From Thalassobaculaceae bacterium (GTDB lineage Bacteria; Pseudomonadota; Alphaproteobacteria; Thalassobaculales; Thalassobaculaceae), in NCBI GenBank assembly GCA_965228875.1, contig OZ245843.1, positions 3,950,616-4,014,615 on the forward strand: a DNA stretch of 64,000 nt. The letters are read 5' to 3'. A program made the translations under genes and the position numbers. Below, piece by piece: positions 52,342 through 64,000 of this stretch. Position 1 is the first letter of the stretch. The number at the start of each line of letters is the position of its first letter. The notes beneath the pieces are model-generated. The model was not told the origin of the DNA and made no database searches. It saw only the letters and a program-made list of their open reading frames with translations.

Positions 52342-53889
52342 CTACGTCGTGGCCAGCGACCGCCAAGCCGGCAGGGTGACGGTCACCCGCGTGCCCTGGC
52401 CGATCTCGCTGTCGATCGTCAACTGGCCGCCATGGGCCTGGGCGATCGCCCGGCACAGGGGCAGGCCGAGGCCGGCGCCATGGTGTTCGCGGTGCAGGCG
52501 GGTATCGAGCTGGGTGAAGGGTTCCAGCACCCGCTCGATCTGGTCATCGGGGATGCCGATGCCGGTATCCGCGACGAAGAAGGAGACCGAGCGACTTGCG
52601 TCCATCCGGGCGCCGATCGTGATCTCCCCGCCTGGGCGCGTGAACTTGACCGCGTTGGTGATCAGGTTGGAGAGCACCTGAAGGATCAGCCGGGCGTCGG
52701 CCCGCAGCGGTGGAATGTCCGGGTCGAGATCCACGGTCACGGTCAGCCGCGACGACTCGATCTGCGTCCGGCTCATGTCGACCGCCCGGCGGATCTGGGC
52801 GTCGAGGGCGACGGTCGAGTCCGCCGGGATCAGTCCCCCGGCCTCAGCCCGCGAGAGATCCAGCAGGTCGTTGATGAGCTCGAGCAGATGGGTGCCGCTG
52901 GTGCGAACGATCTCGGCGTAGCTGCCGTAGCGCTCGTCGCCGAGCGGACCGAACCTCTGGTTCTTGAGAACCTCGGCGAACCCGATGATGGCGTTCAGGG
53001 GCGTCCGCAGCTCGTGGCTCATGTTGGCGAGGAACGAGCTCTTCGCCCGGTTCGCGGCCCGTGCCTCGTCGCGCGCGCGCTTGAGTTCCCGGGTCCGTTC
53101 CTCCACCCGGTGCTCCAGCTCGATCCGGGCGTCGTCGAGTGCCGCCTCGTAGGCGCTGTGGCGGCGCTGCATGCGGTTGAATGCCTCGATCACCTGGGCG
53201 ATCTCGTCGGTGCCTGTCCACGTCAGCTCCTCGCGCGGGGCGCCGAGACGGATGCTCTCGATCGCCGACTGCAGGGTCCGCAGCGCCCGGCCGATGACCA
53301 GATGAAAGGCGATCTGCGCGGCCACTACGATCGCCACGCTCAGCAGGAGGGCGAAGACGACGAGAACGCCCGCCCGCGACTGCGCCGTCGCGCGGATGCC
53401 CGAGTCGGTCATCACCAGCTCCAACCGGCCGGCGGGCTTGACGGTTGATCCGTCCACGTAGTGGATCGGTGTCTCTCCCGTGACCGCCATGCCGTCGGCA
53501 GGGGTCTTGAGCCCGAACTCCGCCAGGGTCCGACCGTCGCGGTCGTAGACGAAAACGCCGACGACGTCCGGATCGATCAACGTCGGCGCGATGTGGGTGG
53601 CGACCAGCACCTTGTCGCGTTTCCACGCGGGTCTCGCCAGCATGACCGAACTGCTCGCGAGCAACCGGTCGCGCTTGGCTTCGAGGTGCGCCATCGCGGT
53701 GTCATAGGCGTCACGCTCGATCAGGAAGAAGCAGACGCCGACGATGACCAGCACAAGGGGCAGGATGACGGCGAGGAACGCCGTCCGTACCGACGCGAAC
53801 CGGAACGCCCGCTTCGGTCCGCGGCGCCGGCGGGAGGCTCCTGGATCTCCGTCAGGCGACCGGTCCCCATCGGTCGATGCCGTCCCCAT
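52342..53889 (-). CDS. membrane sensor histidine kinase (HAMP-HisKA-HATPase)
   Basis: MSHELRTPLNAIIGF H-box, NLITNAVKFT, DTGIG and GAGLGL. Confidence 0.92.
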   Translation of the reverse strand: MGTASTDGDRSPDGDPGASRRRRGPKRAFRFASVRTAFLAVILPLVLVIVGVCFFLIERDAYDTAMAHLEAKRDRLLASSSVMLARPAWKRDKVLVATHIAPTLIDPDVVGVFVYDRDGRTLAEFGLKTPADGMAVTGETPIHYVDGSTVKPAGRLELVMTDSGIRATAQSRAGVLVVFALLLSVAIVVAAQIAFHLVIGRALRTLQSAIESIRLGAPREELTWTGTDEIAQVIEAFNRMQRRHSAYEAALDDARIELEHRVEERTRELKRARDEARAANRAKSSFLANMSHELRTPLNAIIGFAEVLKNQRFGPLGDERYGSYAEIVRTSGTHLLELINDLLDLSRAEAGGLIPADSTVALDAQIRRAVDMSRTQIESSRLTVTVDLDPDIPPLRADARLILQVLSNLITNAVKFTRPGGEITIGARMDASRSVSFFVADTGIGIPDDQIERVLEPFTQLDTRLHREHHGAGLGLPLCRAIAQAHGGQLTIDSEIGQGTRVTVTLPAWRSLATT

Positions 53890-53910
53890 TCCGCCCGGAC
53901 CGGGGCGGGA

Positions 53911-55875
<1,965 letters not shown>

Positions 55876-55923
55876 GAGCCCTCGACCTCATCGTTGTCGC
55901 CGGTGTCGACCCCGGCCTCGTTC

Positions 55924-57792
55924 TCAGTTCGCGTCTTCCAATGTCGACGCCGATAGAATTGCCTGAAGTGTGCTCTGCAGGCTCAGCATCCGCTGCCAGC
56001 TCGCATCGCTGAATGTCTGTCCATATTCCTGCTGTGCATCGAACAGCTGTTCTCGTAGCAGAGGGGTGGCGAATCGTCCAAGCAGTTCCGCCAATCCCTG
56101 CCGGGCATCGAAATGGCTGGCACCCTTTCGGGCGAAGCCTGCGTGATGCAGCGCCTCGTCGGACAGCAGCCCATCCACGGTTTCCGAATAGCCCAGCGAC
56201 AACAGGTGGGCGCGCAGGCCGTCCGCGTCAAGACCCGCATCCTCGGCATTGATCTCGAGGATCTGCCGGCGGAGCCGGTCGAGGAAAGGATCGTCGAGCG
56301 CCAGGGTGGCCAGCACCTCGCCCAGTTCGTCCAGCAGGCCCGGGTGATGGATGAAGGTGGCAAGGATGACCTGCTGCTGTCGGCGGGGCAGGACGGCGTC
56401 CACCCGGGCGCGGGCGGCACGGCTGCCGACAGGCTCCGGCGGTGGCGGCGGTGTCCAGCGTCCGCCGCGCACCCGGTCGCGGGACGGGGCGCCGCGGCCG
56501 CGTCCCTGATCCCGTCCGTGCGGCCGGCGCAGGGCCTCGATCCGCGCCTCCATGTCGTCGCGGTAGGTGGTCTGCACCGTCTGATCGGCCACGTCGCGCA
56601 CCCGGTCGCGCATGCGCTTGAAGAAGGCGGCGCGGCGCTCCGGCGTGTTGATGGGGCTGGCCGCCATCTCGCTCGCCCACAGGAAGTCGGCGAGCCCGGT
56701 CGCCGTGGCCATCAGGTCGCGCACCGCCTTTCGGCCGTCGCGCTTGATCAGGTCGTCCGGGTCCTGGCCCTCCGGCAGGGTGACGAAGCGCAGGGAATGG
56801 CCGGGCTTCAGCAGCGGCAGGGCGCGGTCGCAGGCGCGGCGCGCGGCCCGCTGGCCGGCGGAGTCGCCATCGAAACACAGGATCGGCTCGGGCACGACGC
56901 GCCAGAGTTCGGCGATCTGGTCCTCGGTCAGCGCGGTGCCGAGCGGGGCGACCGCCGGGAACCCGGCCTGGGCCAGGGCGGTCACGTCCATGTAGCCTTC
57001 GGCCACCAGCAACTCGCCCGACTTGTGCGCCGGTTCGCGCGCCTGGGCCAGGCCGTACAGCACCCGGCCCTTGTGGAACAGCGGCGTGTCCGGCGAGTTC
57101 AGGTATTTCGGCTGACCGTCGCCCAGGACCCGGCCGCCGAAGGCGATGACCTTGCCGCGACGGTCGGCGATCGGGAACAGCACGCGCCCGCGCATGTAGT
57201 CGATGGTCTCGCCGGCGCGCTCGCCGTCTTCATAGCGTTTGACCAGCCCGGCCTCGACCAGGACGTCGGCCTCCACGCCCTCGGCCTTCATCGCGCGCTG
57301 CAGCGCCTTGCGGTCGTCCGGCGCCCAGCCCAGGCGGAAGGCGTCGATCGTCTCGTCGCTCAGCCCGCGTTCCCGCAGGTAGCGCAGCCCGGCCTCGCCG
57401 GACGACGTGTGGAGCTGGCGCTGATACCAGCGGCAGGCGAGATCGACCACCTCCTGCAGGCTGCGCCGACGCTCGGCCCGCTGCTGCTCCTCCGGTGTGG
57501 CCTTGGGCACCTCCATGCCGGCGAGGGCGGCGACCTGTTCGACCGCCTCCATGAACGCCAGCCCGTCATTTTCCATCAGGAACTTGAAGACGTCGCCGTG
57601 GGCGCCGCAGGCGAAGCAGTGGTAGAAGCCCTTGTCGTCGACGATCGAGAGCGACGGCTTGGTGTCCTTGTGGAACGGGCAGAGGGCGAGAAACTCGCGG
57701 CCCTTGCGGTCCAGCTTCAGCTTCCGGCCGATCACGCTGGACACCGTCACGCGGTCGCGCAGCTCGTCGAGGAAGTGCGGAGGCAGGGACAT
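55924..57792 (-). CDS. dnaG: DNA primase
   Basis: CPFH...CFAC zinc finger, KYLNSPDT, EGYMD and FDGD TOPRIM. Confidence 0.97.
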   Translation of the reverse strand: MSLPPHFLDELRDRVTVSSVIGRKLKLDRKGREFLALCPFHKDTKPSLSIVDDKGFYHCFACGAHGDVFKFLMENDGLAFMEAVEQVAALAGMEVPKATPEEQQRAERRRSLQEVVDLACRWYQRQLHTSSGEAGLRYLRERGLSDETIDAFRLGWAPDDRKALQRAMKAEGVEADVLVEAGLVKRYEDGERAGETIDYMRGRVLFPIADRRGKVIAFGGRVLGDGQPKYLNSPDTPLFHKGRVLYGLAQAREPAHKSGELLVAEGYMDVTALAQAGFPAVAPLGTALTEDQIAELWRVVPEPILCFDGDSAGQRAARRACDRALPLLKPGHSLRFVTLPEGQDPDDLIKRDGRKAVRDLMATATGLADFLWASEMAASPINTPERRAAFFKRMRDRVRDVADQTVQTTYRDDMEARIEALRRPHGRDQGRGRGAPSRDRVRGGRWTPPPPPEPVGSRAARARVDAVLPRRQQQVILATFIHHPGLLDELGEVLATLALDDPFLDRLRRQILEINAEDAGLDADGLRAHLLSLGYSETVDGLLSDEALHHAGFARKGASHFDARQGLAELLGRFATPLLREQLFDAQQEYGQTFSDASWQRMLSLQSTLQAILSASTLEDAN

Positions 57793-57849
57793 CGGGGCGG
57801 CGACTCGGACAGCGGGTGCGCAGGGCCGGGATCATACGCCCGTCGGGCG

Positions 57850-57885
57850 CCGGAGTCAGGACCCGAGTCAGGACCGGAGTCAGGA
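57850..57885. repeat. 3 x 12-bp tandem repeat CC(G/C)GAGTCAGGA, each with a GANTC site
   Basis: Read directly upstream of dnaG. Confidence 0.85.
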
Positions 57886-57909
57886 GCCGATGGTGTCCGC
57901 CGCCGCCGC

Positions 57910-59079
57910 TCACAGTTCCTTCAGGAACCCGAGGAGCCGTTCGATCACCGCTTCCGGCTGCTCCTGCTGCACCCAGTGCCCGGCCCCCTCGATCAGGTGG
58001 GTGCCGCGCCAGTCGGGGCAGACCGCCGGGCTGGACATGGCGTCCAGCGCGCCGGGCATCTGATGTATGCCCCAGTCGCTGGCGCCGGCGATGAAGGTGG
58101 CCGGCACGTCGATGGTCCGGCCGCAGAACACCTCCTGCTCCGCCAGGAAGCGGCCGGTGGTGTTGCAGCGGTACCACTGCAGCCCACCCTGGAAGCCGGT
58201 GCGGCCATACTCCCCGGCATAGACCGCCAGGTCGGACTCGGGCAGCCAGGCGTTGGCGGCGATCGCCTGTGGCGACGGCATCTCCGGCGCCACCGTCTCG
58301 GCCATCGTCGCGTCCAGGTCCATGATGTAGTAGGTCGGCATTTCGGCCAGCGCCTCGGCGGTCCAGCCGGCCAGCGGGTAGGGGCGGTTGCCCGGCCAGT
58401 CGGCGCTCTTGTGGTGGTAGTAGGCGCGCAGGAACGCGTGCAGTCCCTGGGCGCAGCCGGTCATGTCGGCATTGGCCGCGCGGGTCGAATAGTACCACTG
58501 GTAGTGCTTGCGCGGCCGGTCGAGGGCGGCGAGATCGGCATGCACGTCGCCGGCGGCCGGCCGGGCGGCGAACGGCGTCTTCGGCGGACCGGCGTACGGC
58601 GCGCTCATCATCGCGCAGGCGCGGAACACGTCCGGGCGCACCAGGGCGCAGGTCGCGGCGATCGGAGAGCCGAAATCATGGCCGATCACCGCGTCCACAT
58701 GGCGTCGGCCGAGCGAGGCGATCAGGCCGATCATGTCGCGCACCAGGTTCAGCGGCCGGAACGGCGTCAGGTCGCCGTCGTAGTCCGCGCTCCAGCCGGT
58801 GGTCCGGCCGTAGCCGCGCTGGTCGGGCGCCACCACGTGATAGCCGGCGTCCGCCAGCGCCGGCATTACCTTGCGCCAGCTGAAGGCAAGTTCCGGGAAC
58901 CCGTGCAGCAGCAGCAGGCAGGGCCGGTCCGAAGCGCCGTCCCATCCGGCCTCGAGCAGATGCATCCGCAGGCCGTTGATGCCCTCGACGAAGCGCGACC
59001 GCACGCCGGCCGGCAGCACGGCCGGGTCCAGCGGCGCCTGGGCCGGTTGCTCCCGGGAAGCGGTATCTGGCTGGCTCAT
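57910..59079 (-). CDS. alpha/beta hydrolase, epoxide hydrolase-like
   Basis: HGFPE...SWR, GHDFG and GAGHWVQQEQP motifs. Confidence 0.88.
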   Translation of the reverse strand: MSQPDTASREQPAQAPLDPAVLPAGVRSRFVEGINGLRMHLLEAGWDGASDRPCLLLLHGFPELAFSWRKVMPALADAGYHVVAPDQRGYGRTTGWSADYDGDLTPFRPLNLVRDMIGLIASLGRRHVDAVIGHDFGSPIAATCALVRPDVFRACAMMSAPYAGPPKTPFAARPAAGDVHADLAALDRPRKHYQWYYSTRAANADMTGCAQGLHAFLRAYYHHKSADWPGNRPYPLAGWTAEALAEMPTYYIMDLDATMAETVAPEMPSPQAIAANAWLPESDLAVYAGEYGRTGFQGGLQWYRCNTTGRFLAEQEVFCGRTIDVPATFIAGASDWGIHQMPGALDAMSSPAVCPDWRGTHLIEGAGHWVQQEQPEAVIERLLGFLKEL

Positions 59080-59178
59080 GCGGTATCTCCCTGCGTGCCG
59101 GGTTGTTCATTTGCCGGATCTGTCGTTGGACCGGTATTCTAGGCGCCCCGGGTCCTGCCGCGATACCGCCGCTCTGCC

Positions 59179-60447
59179 ATGATCGCTTCCGTCTCCGCCC
59201 TTCTGACCAGTCTCGCCCTGCTTCTCGCCGGCAATGGGCTGCTGACCCTGCTGCTGCCGACCCGGGCGGCGCTGGACGGTATGGCCACGGCGGCCATCGG
59301 CCTCGCCATGTCGGGCTATTTCGTCGGCTATGTCGTCGGCTGCCTGCTGACGCCGCATGTCGTCCAGCGGGTCGGCCATATCCGCAGCTTCTCGGCGCTG
59401 GCGGCGCTGGCGGCGGCGACGGCGCTGGCCTACGCGCTGGCCGGCGGGCCGGTCGCCTGGTTCCTGCTGCGGGCCCTCTCCGGCGTCGCCATGTCCGGCC
59501 TCACGATGATCGTCGAGAGCTGGCTGAACGACCGCGCCACCGACGAGACGCGGGGGCGCATCATCTCGGTCTATCGCGTCGTCGACCTGAGCGCGGTGTC
59601 GGTCGGCCAGCTGCTGCTGAGCGCGGCGCCGCCGGCCGGGTTCGAGCTGTTCAGCCTGGCGGCGATTCTCATCGTCCTGGCGCTGGTGCCGACGGCGGTA
59701 TCGACCGCCCAGGCCCCGGCGCCGATCCAGAATGTGCGGATCCGCCTGCTCTACCTCTGGCAGGTGTCGCCGCTCGGCATGGCCGCGGCCCTGGCGGTCG
59801 GGGTCGGCAACGGGGCGTTCTGGTCGCTGGGCGCGGTGTTCGGCCAGCAGACCGGGCTCGACACCCTCGGCATTTCGCTGTTCATGACGGCGGTCGTGGT
59901 CGGCGGCGCGGTGATGCAGGTGCCGGTCACCGCCCTCGACCGGATCTTCGACCGTCGCAAGGTGCTGCTCGGCGCCGCGCTCGCGACGGCGGTCGCCAGC
60001 ATCGGCGCCGCCTTCCTCGCCCCCCTCTCCGTCACCTGGGCGGTGGTCTCGGGATTCGTGCTGGGCGGTCTGTTCCTGCCGATCTACGGTCTGGCCCTGG
60101 CCCATGCCAACGACCGGCTGGCGGCCGGCGACTTCGTGGTGATGAGCGCCGGCCTGCTGCTCACCTTCGGCCTGGGCGCCATCGTCGGTCCGCCTCTCGC
60201 GTCGTTCCTGATGGAGTGGATCGGACCGCGTGCCCTGTTCCTGCACATCTCGGCGGTCTGGCTGGCGCTGTTTCTGTTCGGCCTGTGGCGGCTGCGCGCC
60301 CGCCCGCCGGTGGCGCTGGAGGAGCAGGCCGAGCTGGTGCCGACCCCGCGCGGCGGCACGATCATGTTCGAACTCGACCCGCGCACCGAGGAGAGCGATC
60401 CGGGAGAGACGGCCGAGACGCCGGCGGACCGCCGGACCGGAACCTGA
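59179..60447 (+). CDS. MFS transporter (YcaD-like)
   Basis: Multiple TM segments, VGHIR, ESWLN and AHAND motifs. Confidence 0.85.
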   Translation: MIASVSALLTSLALLLAGNGLLTLLLPTRAALDGMATAAIGLAMSGYFVGYVVGCLLTPHVVQRVGHIRSFSALAALAAATALAYALAGGPVAWFLLRALSGVAMSGLTMIVESWLNDRATDETRGRIISVYRVVDLSAVSVGQLLLSAAPPAGFELFSLAAILIVLALVPTAVSTAQAPAPIQNVRIRLLYLWQVSPLGMAAALAVGVGNGAFWSLGAVFGQQTGLDTLGISLFMTAVVVGGAVMQVPVTALDRIFDRRKVLLGAALATAVASIGAAFLAPLSVTWAVVSGFVLGGLFLPIYGLALAHANDRLAAGDFVVMSAGLLLTFGLGAIVGPPLASFLMEWIGPRALFLHISAVWLALFLFGLWRLRARPPVALEEQAELVPTPRGGTIMFELDPRTEESDPGETAETPADRRTGT

Positions 60448-60450
60448 CGT

Positions 60451-61269
60451 TCAGCGCCGCCAGGCCAGCAGCGCCCGTTCGGCCCGCCCGATCAGCCAGT
60501 TCACCACCAGCCCGATCGCCGACAGGATCGCGACGCCGGCGATCAGCTCGTCCATCGCCATCAGGCTGCCGGCCAGCAGGATGTAGGCGCCGATCCCGTA
60601 TTCCGCGCCGATCATCTCGGCGGCAACCAGAAGCACGATGGCGATGGCCGCGGAGATCCGGAACCCCGGCAGGATTGCGGGCAACGCGCCTGGGAGGATG
60701 ATCTTGCGCACGATCGAGAACCAGGAGAGGCCGAAGGATTGCCCCATGCGGATCAGGGTGCGGTCCACGTTGTCGACCCCACCATAGGTGGCGACGACGG
60801 TGGGGAAGAACGTGCCGAACAGGATGGTGGCGACCTTCGAGCCCTCGCCGATGCCGAACCAGATGACGAACAGGGGCAGCAGCGCGATCTTCGGCACCGG
60901 GAACAGGGCGGCGACGATCGGCGCCAGTCCGGCCCGGGCGAAGGAGAACAGTCCGATGGAGAGGCCGACGGCGATGCCGAGCAGGGTGCCCAGGGTCCAG
61001 CCGGCGACCAACCGCTGAAGCGAGGCGCCGAGATGGTCCCAGATCAGTCCGGTGCGTACCAGTTGGGCCAGGGCGGCGTAGACCTCGGACGGCGCCGGCA
61101 GCACCAGGGGCGGGATCATCCCCGTGCGACAGCCGGCCTCCCACAACGCGACGAGGCCCGCGAACACGACAGGCCCGATGATTCCGAGCCGTCGCGGCGC
61201 GAAACCGCCGCCGCGGAACGGGACCGGGCGCGCCTCGGGCGGGGCGGCGTCCGCGACCCGGTCAGCCAT
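60451..61269 (-). CDS. ABC transporter permease (NitT/TauT family)
   Basis: PVPKIALLPLF..WFGIGE, ILPGALP and AAEMIG. Confidence 0.9.
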   Translation of the reverse strand: MADRVADAAPPEARPVPFRGGGFAPRRLGIIGPVVFAGLVALWEAGCRTGMIPPLVLPAPSEVYAALAQLVRTGLIWDHLGASLQRLVAGWTLGTLLGIAVGLSIGLFSFARAGLAPIVAALFPVPKIALLPLFVIWFGIGEGSKVATILFGTFFPTVVATYGGVDNVDRTLIRMGQSFGLSWFSIVRKIILPGALPAILPGFRISAAIAIVLLVAAEMIGAEYGIGAYILLAGSLMAMDELIAGVAILSAIGLVVNWLIGRAERALLAWRR

Positions 61270-62029
61270 CGACCAGCTCCTTGTCCGCCGCCTCGGCTTC
61301 GTCGCGGATCAGCGACCAGAGCCGTCCCTGGTGCGTTTCCAGTTCGGTCATCCGCGCTTCGCGTTCGCCGAGCGGCATGTCGATGTCGACCGCCTCGCGG
61401 ACCCGTCCGGGCCGGCGCGACAGCACGATCACCCGGTGGCCGAGGCGCACCGCTTCGGCGAGGTTATGGGTGACGTAGACGGCGGAGAACCGCTCGCGTT
61501 CCCACAGGTCGACGAGGTCGGCCATCAGCAGTTCCCGCGTCTGGGCGTCGAGCGCCGAGAGCGGCTCGTCCATGAGCAGCACCGAGGGGGAGACGGCGAG
61601 CGCGCGGGCGATCGCGACGCGTTGGCGCATGCCGCCGGAGAGCTGGCGCGGCCAGGCCCGCCGGAACTCCGACAGCTTGGTGCGCGCCAGAACGTCGGCG
61701 ACGATCCGCTCGCTCTCGGCCGCCGTCAGCCCGTGGTCCTCGAGCACCAGACGGATGTTGCCCTCGACGCTGCGCCACGGCAGCAGGGCGAAGTCCTGGA
61801 AGATGAAGGTCAGCGGGTTGAGGCTGCCGGCGGGCGGGCTGCCGACCTGAAGGATCTCGCCGCGGTCGGGGCGCTCCAGCCCGCCGATCATGCGCAGCAG
61901 GGTGGACTTGCCGCAGCCCGACGGGCCGACGATGCAGACGATCCTGCCCGCCGGGACCTGGAAATCGATGCCGTCGAGAACGGGGAGCGGACCGTAGGCA
62001 TGGCCGACGCCGCGGATATGCAGGTCCAA
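61262..62029 (-). CDS. ABC transporter ATP-binding protein (NitT/TauT family)
   Basis: GPSGCGKS, LSGGMRQR and LLMDEP motifs. Confidence 0.93.
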   Translation of the reverse strand: MDLHIRGVGHAYGPLPVLDGIDFQVPAGRIVCIVGPSGCGKSTLLRMIGGLERPDRGEILQVGSPPAGSLNPLTFIFQDFALLPWRSVEGNIRLVLEDHGLTAAESERIVADVLARTKLSEFRRAWPRQLSGGMRQRVAIARALAVSPSVLLMDEPLSALDAQTRELLMADLVDLWERERFSAVYVTHNLAEAVRLGHRVIVLSRRPGRVREAVDIDMPLGEREARMTELETHQGRLWSLIRDEAEAADKELVDG

Positions 62030-62049
62030 CGGTCCGCTCCCGGCAACGC

Positions 62050-63135
62050 TCAGTAGGTCTCGACGTAGCTGGCGTCGACCAGCCCGTCGACAGTGATGTC
62101 GCCCTTCACCAGCCCCTCGGCTTTGAACCAGTCGAGCTGGGCGCCGACGTTGGTGACGTTCAGCCTGGTGTCGGCGTTGAGACGCATGGCGCCGTTGCGG
62201 ATCGACGGGGCGGCCTTCTCGTAGGGCCGGGTGGTGTAGACGTACTTGTGGATCAGCCGGACGATCGCCTCGGCCTCGTCGTCGCCGGCGGTCTTGTCCA
62301 CCAGGGCGGCGTTGAAGTCGGCGGCACCCCTGGCGAAGGCGGCGAGAAATCGCTCGGTCTGGTCGCGCTTGCCGGCGGCGGTGTCGGCGGAGGTGAACAC
62401 CGTGGTCACCTGGTAGTCCGGCGCGTAGTCGTTGACCCAGCCGATGATGTGGACGGCTCCGCCGCCGGCCAGCGCTTTGGCGATATGCGGAACGATGGCC
62501 CAGGCATCGACCTGCCCCGACTTCAGCGCGCCGATGATGTTCGGCACCTTCTGCAGCGGGGTCAGCTTCAGGTCGGAGATCGCGAACCCTTCCTTCTCGG
62601 CTATCCGGGCGGCCATGTAGTGGAAGGAGGAGCCGGCCTGGGTGATGGCGAAGCTGCGGCCCTTGAGCTTGTCCGGCGACGTCACGCCGTCCTTGAACGC
62701 GGCATCGGAGACGATGATGGCCGAGCCGTCGATCCCCTTCTCCTCGTGCAGGGCGCCGCCGATCACCTTGATCGCGCCCTTGTCGGCCAGGTTGATCAGG
62801 CCGCCGGTGATCGAGGTGATGCCGTAGTCGATGTCGCCCGAGGCGATCGCCACCGCCATCGGCTGGGCCGCCTGGAAGAACTCGAACTCCACGTCGAGGC
62901 CGGCATCCTTGAAATAGCCGCGCTCGTAGGCGATGAAGCTGGCGGCGTGCGAGGTGAACCGCAGGGCGCCGACCTTGATCGTGTCGGCCGCGGCGGCGAG
63001 TTCGGTGGTGACCAGAGCCGGGACGGCGATCAGGGCGCCGAGCACGGCGCGGCGCGCTATGGCGCCCAGACGGATGGCGCCCAGACGGGTGGCGCCCAGA
63101 CGGGTGGCGCCTGACTGGGTGGTGAATGCCCGCAT
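62050..63135 (-). CDS. ABC transporter substrate-binding protein (SsuA/NMT1-like)
   Basis: Signal peptide with RR, GYFKDAGLDVE and LKSGQVDA; start uncertain. Confidence 0.85.
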   Translation of the reverse strand: MRAFTTQSGATRLGATRLGAIRLGAIARRAVLGALIAVPALVTTELAAAADTIKVGALRFTSHAASFIAYERGYFKDAGLDVEFEFFQAAQPMAVAIASGDIDYGITSITGGLINLADKGAIKVIGGALHEEKGIDGSAIIVSDAAFKDGVTSPDKLKGRSFAITQAGSSFHYMAARIAEKEGFAISDLKLTPLQKVPNIIGALKSGQVDAWAIVPHIAKALAGGGAVHIIGWVNDYAPDYQVTTVFTSADTAAGKRDQTERFLAAFARGAADFNAALVDKTAGDDEAEAIVRLIHKYVYTTRPYEKAAPSIRNGAMRLNADTRLNVTNVGAQLDWFKAEGLVKGDITVDGLVDASYVETY

Positions 63136-63237
63136 CTTCGTTTCCTCCGGTGGATTGTCCGCGCCCCTCGGCGGCGCTTTGGCGCGATCATAGTCGGATG
63201 CGCCGCCGCCGCCAGCGCTTCGTGGAGCGGCGGCCCG

Positions 63238-64000
63238 TCAGCCCGTGGGCTCCACGCCCATCCGCTCGGCCCAGAGCTGGGTCGTCAGCATGAGCCACAG
63301 GCGCCAGCCGAACATCGGCCGGTTCTCCTCGAACATCTGCGGCAGATGGACCATGGTTCCGGGGTGCATGACTCCGGTCTTCGCCACCCGTTCCGGCGTC
63401 AGCACCTCCAGCACCAGGTCCTTGAGCGGCCCGTTGAGCCACAGCGCCAGCGGCAGGGCGAAGCCGCGCTTTGGCACCGCGTCGAAGCCGGCCGGCAGCA
63501 GGGGCCGGGCGATGTCGATCAGGATCCGCTTGATGCCGCTCTCGCGGTAGCTCTGCTTCATGGGTTTCAGCGGCGCGCCGTGCGCCAGGATCGCCTCCTG
63601 CGGCAGGGACAGGCCGACGTCGATCACCCGCGGATCGAGATAGGGCACCCGGACCTCGAGCGAATGCGCCATGGACATGGCGTCGATGTCGCGCAGGAGC
63701 TGGTTGCTGGTGTAGCCGCGCAGGGTCAGGGCGGTCATCCGGGCGACCGGATCGGCGTCGCGCAGCTCGTCGATCGCGGCGTAGGTGACCCCTTTGCCCG
63801 TGGGCTTGCGGCGGGCCAGCAGCGGGTGGATCAGGTGCCCGAGGTCGCCCGGCGCGAAGGTCTGATGGAACTTGCCCGTGCACTCGGCGAAGTCGTCGAG
63901 GAAGTTCCGGGTGTCGGCGTGGTGGGTCAGCATCCGGGCGTGCCAGGGATAGCCCATGAACAGGTCGTCGGCACCGGTGCCGGAGATCGCCACCTTGACC
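63238..64000 (-). CDS. asparagine synthase-family amidotransferase, C-terminal part (truncated by the window edge)
   Basis: ISGTGADDLF.GY, LLRDID.MSMAHSLEVRVPYLD and PKRGF. Confidence 0.85.
   Translation of the reverse strand, partial: VKVAISGTGADDLFMGYPWHARMLTHHADTRNFLDDFAECTGKFHQTFAPGDLGHLIHPLLARRKPTGKGVTYAAIDELRDADPVARMTALTLRGYTSNQLLRDIDAMSMAHSLEVRVPYLDPRVIDVGLSLPQEAILAHGAPLKPMKQSYRESGIKRILIDIARPLLPAGFDAVPKRGFALPLALWLNGPLKDLVLEVLTPERVAKTGVMHPGTMVHLPQMFEENRPMFGWRLWLMLTTQLWAERMGVEPTG

Noticed and set aside
56113..59142. 1009-aa plus-strand ORF
   Set aside because: Antisense shadow of dnaG and the hydrolase in GC-rich DNA; no motifs.

Overview
GC-rich alphaproteobacterial chromosomal window; the gene order suggests Rhodospirillales, but this is inference only. 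It is mostly core genome: irr/fabA-fabB-fabI, ubiA, nudC, tldD, the aa3 cytochrome c oxidase operon (coxB-coxA-ctaB-coxF-ctaG-coxC-DUF983-surf1), M32 and M16 peptidases, thrC, asd, leuB/D/C, ffh-rpsP-rimM-trmD-rplS and dnaG-rpoD. No tRNA, rRNA, CRISPR array, transposase or integrase was recognised. Most notable non-routine signals: (1) a Thr/Lys-rich candidate leader peptide plus RNA hairpins directly upstream of asd; (2) a ~1005-aa NACHT/STAND-like NTPase inserted between asd and leuB, ending in 28 pentapeptide repeats that are strikingly homogeneous at DNA level; (3) a MocR-type regulator with a 12-bp-phased ACAAT operator array facing a Thr-dehydratase-like/AlaX/PhzF/PhzF/GNAT operon, a possible amino-acid-analogue detoxification system; (4) CtrA-like boxes before a chemoreceptor pair and other genes, and a GANTC cluster before dnaG; (5) REP-like palindromic elements and many short tandem duplications. 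All protein calls come from motif recognition by eye, not database searches. Start codons were adjusted from the ORF track where a more plausible start was visible.
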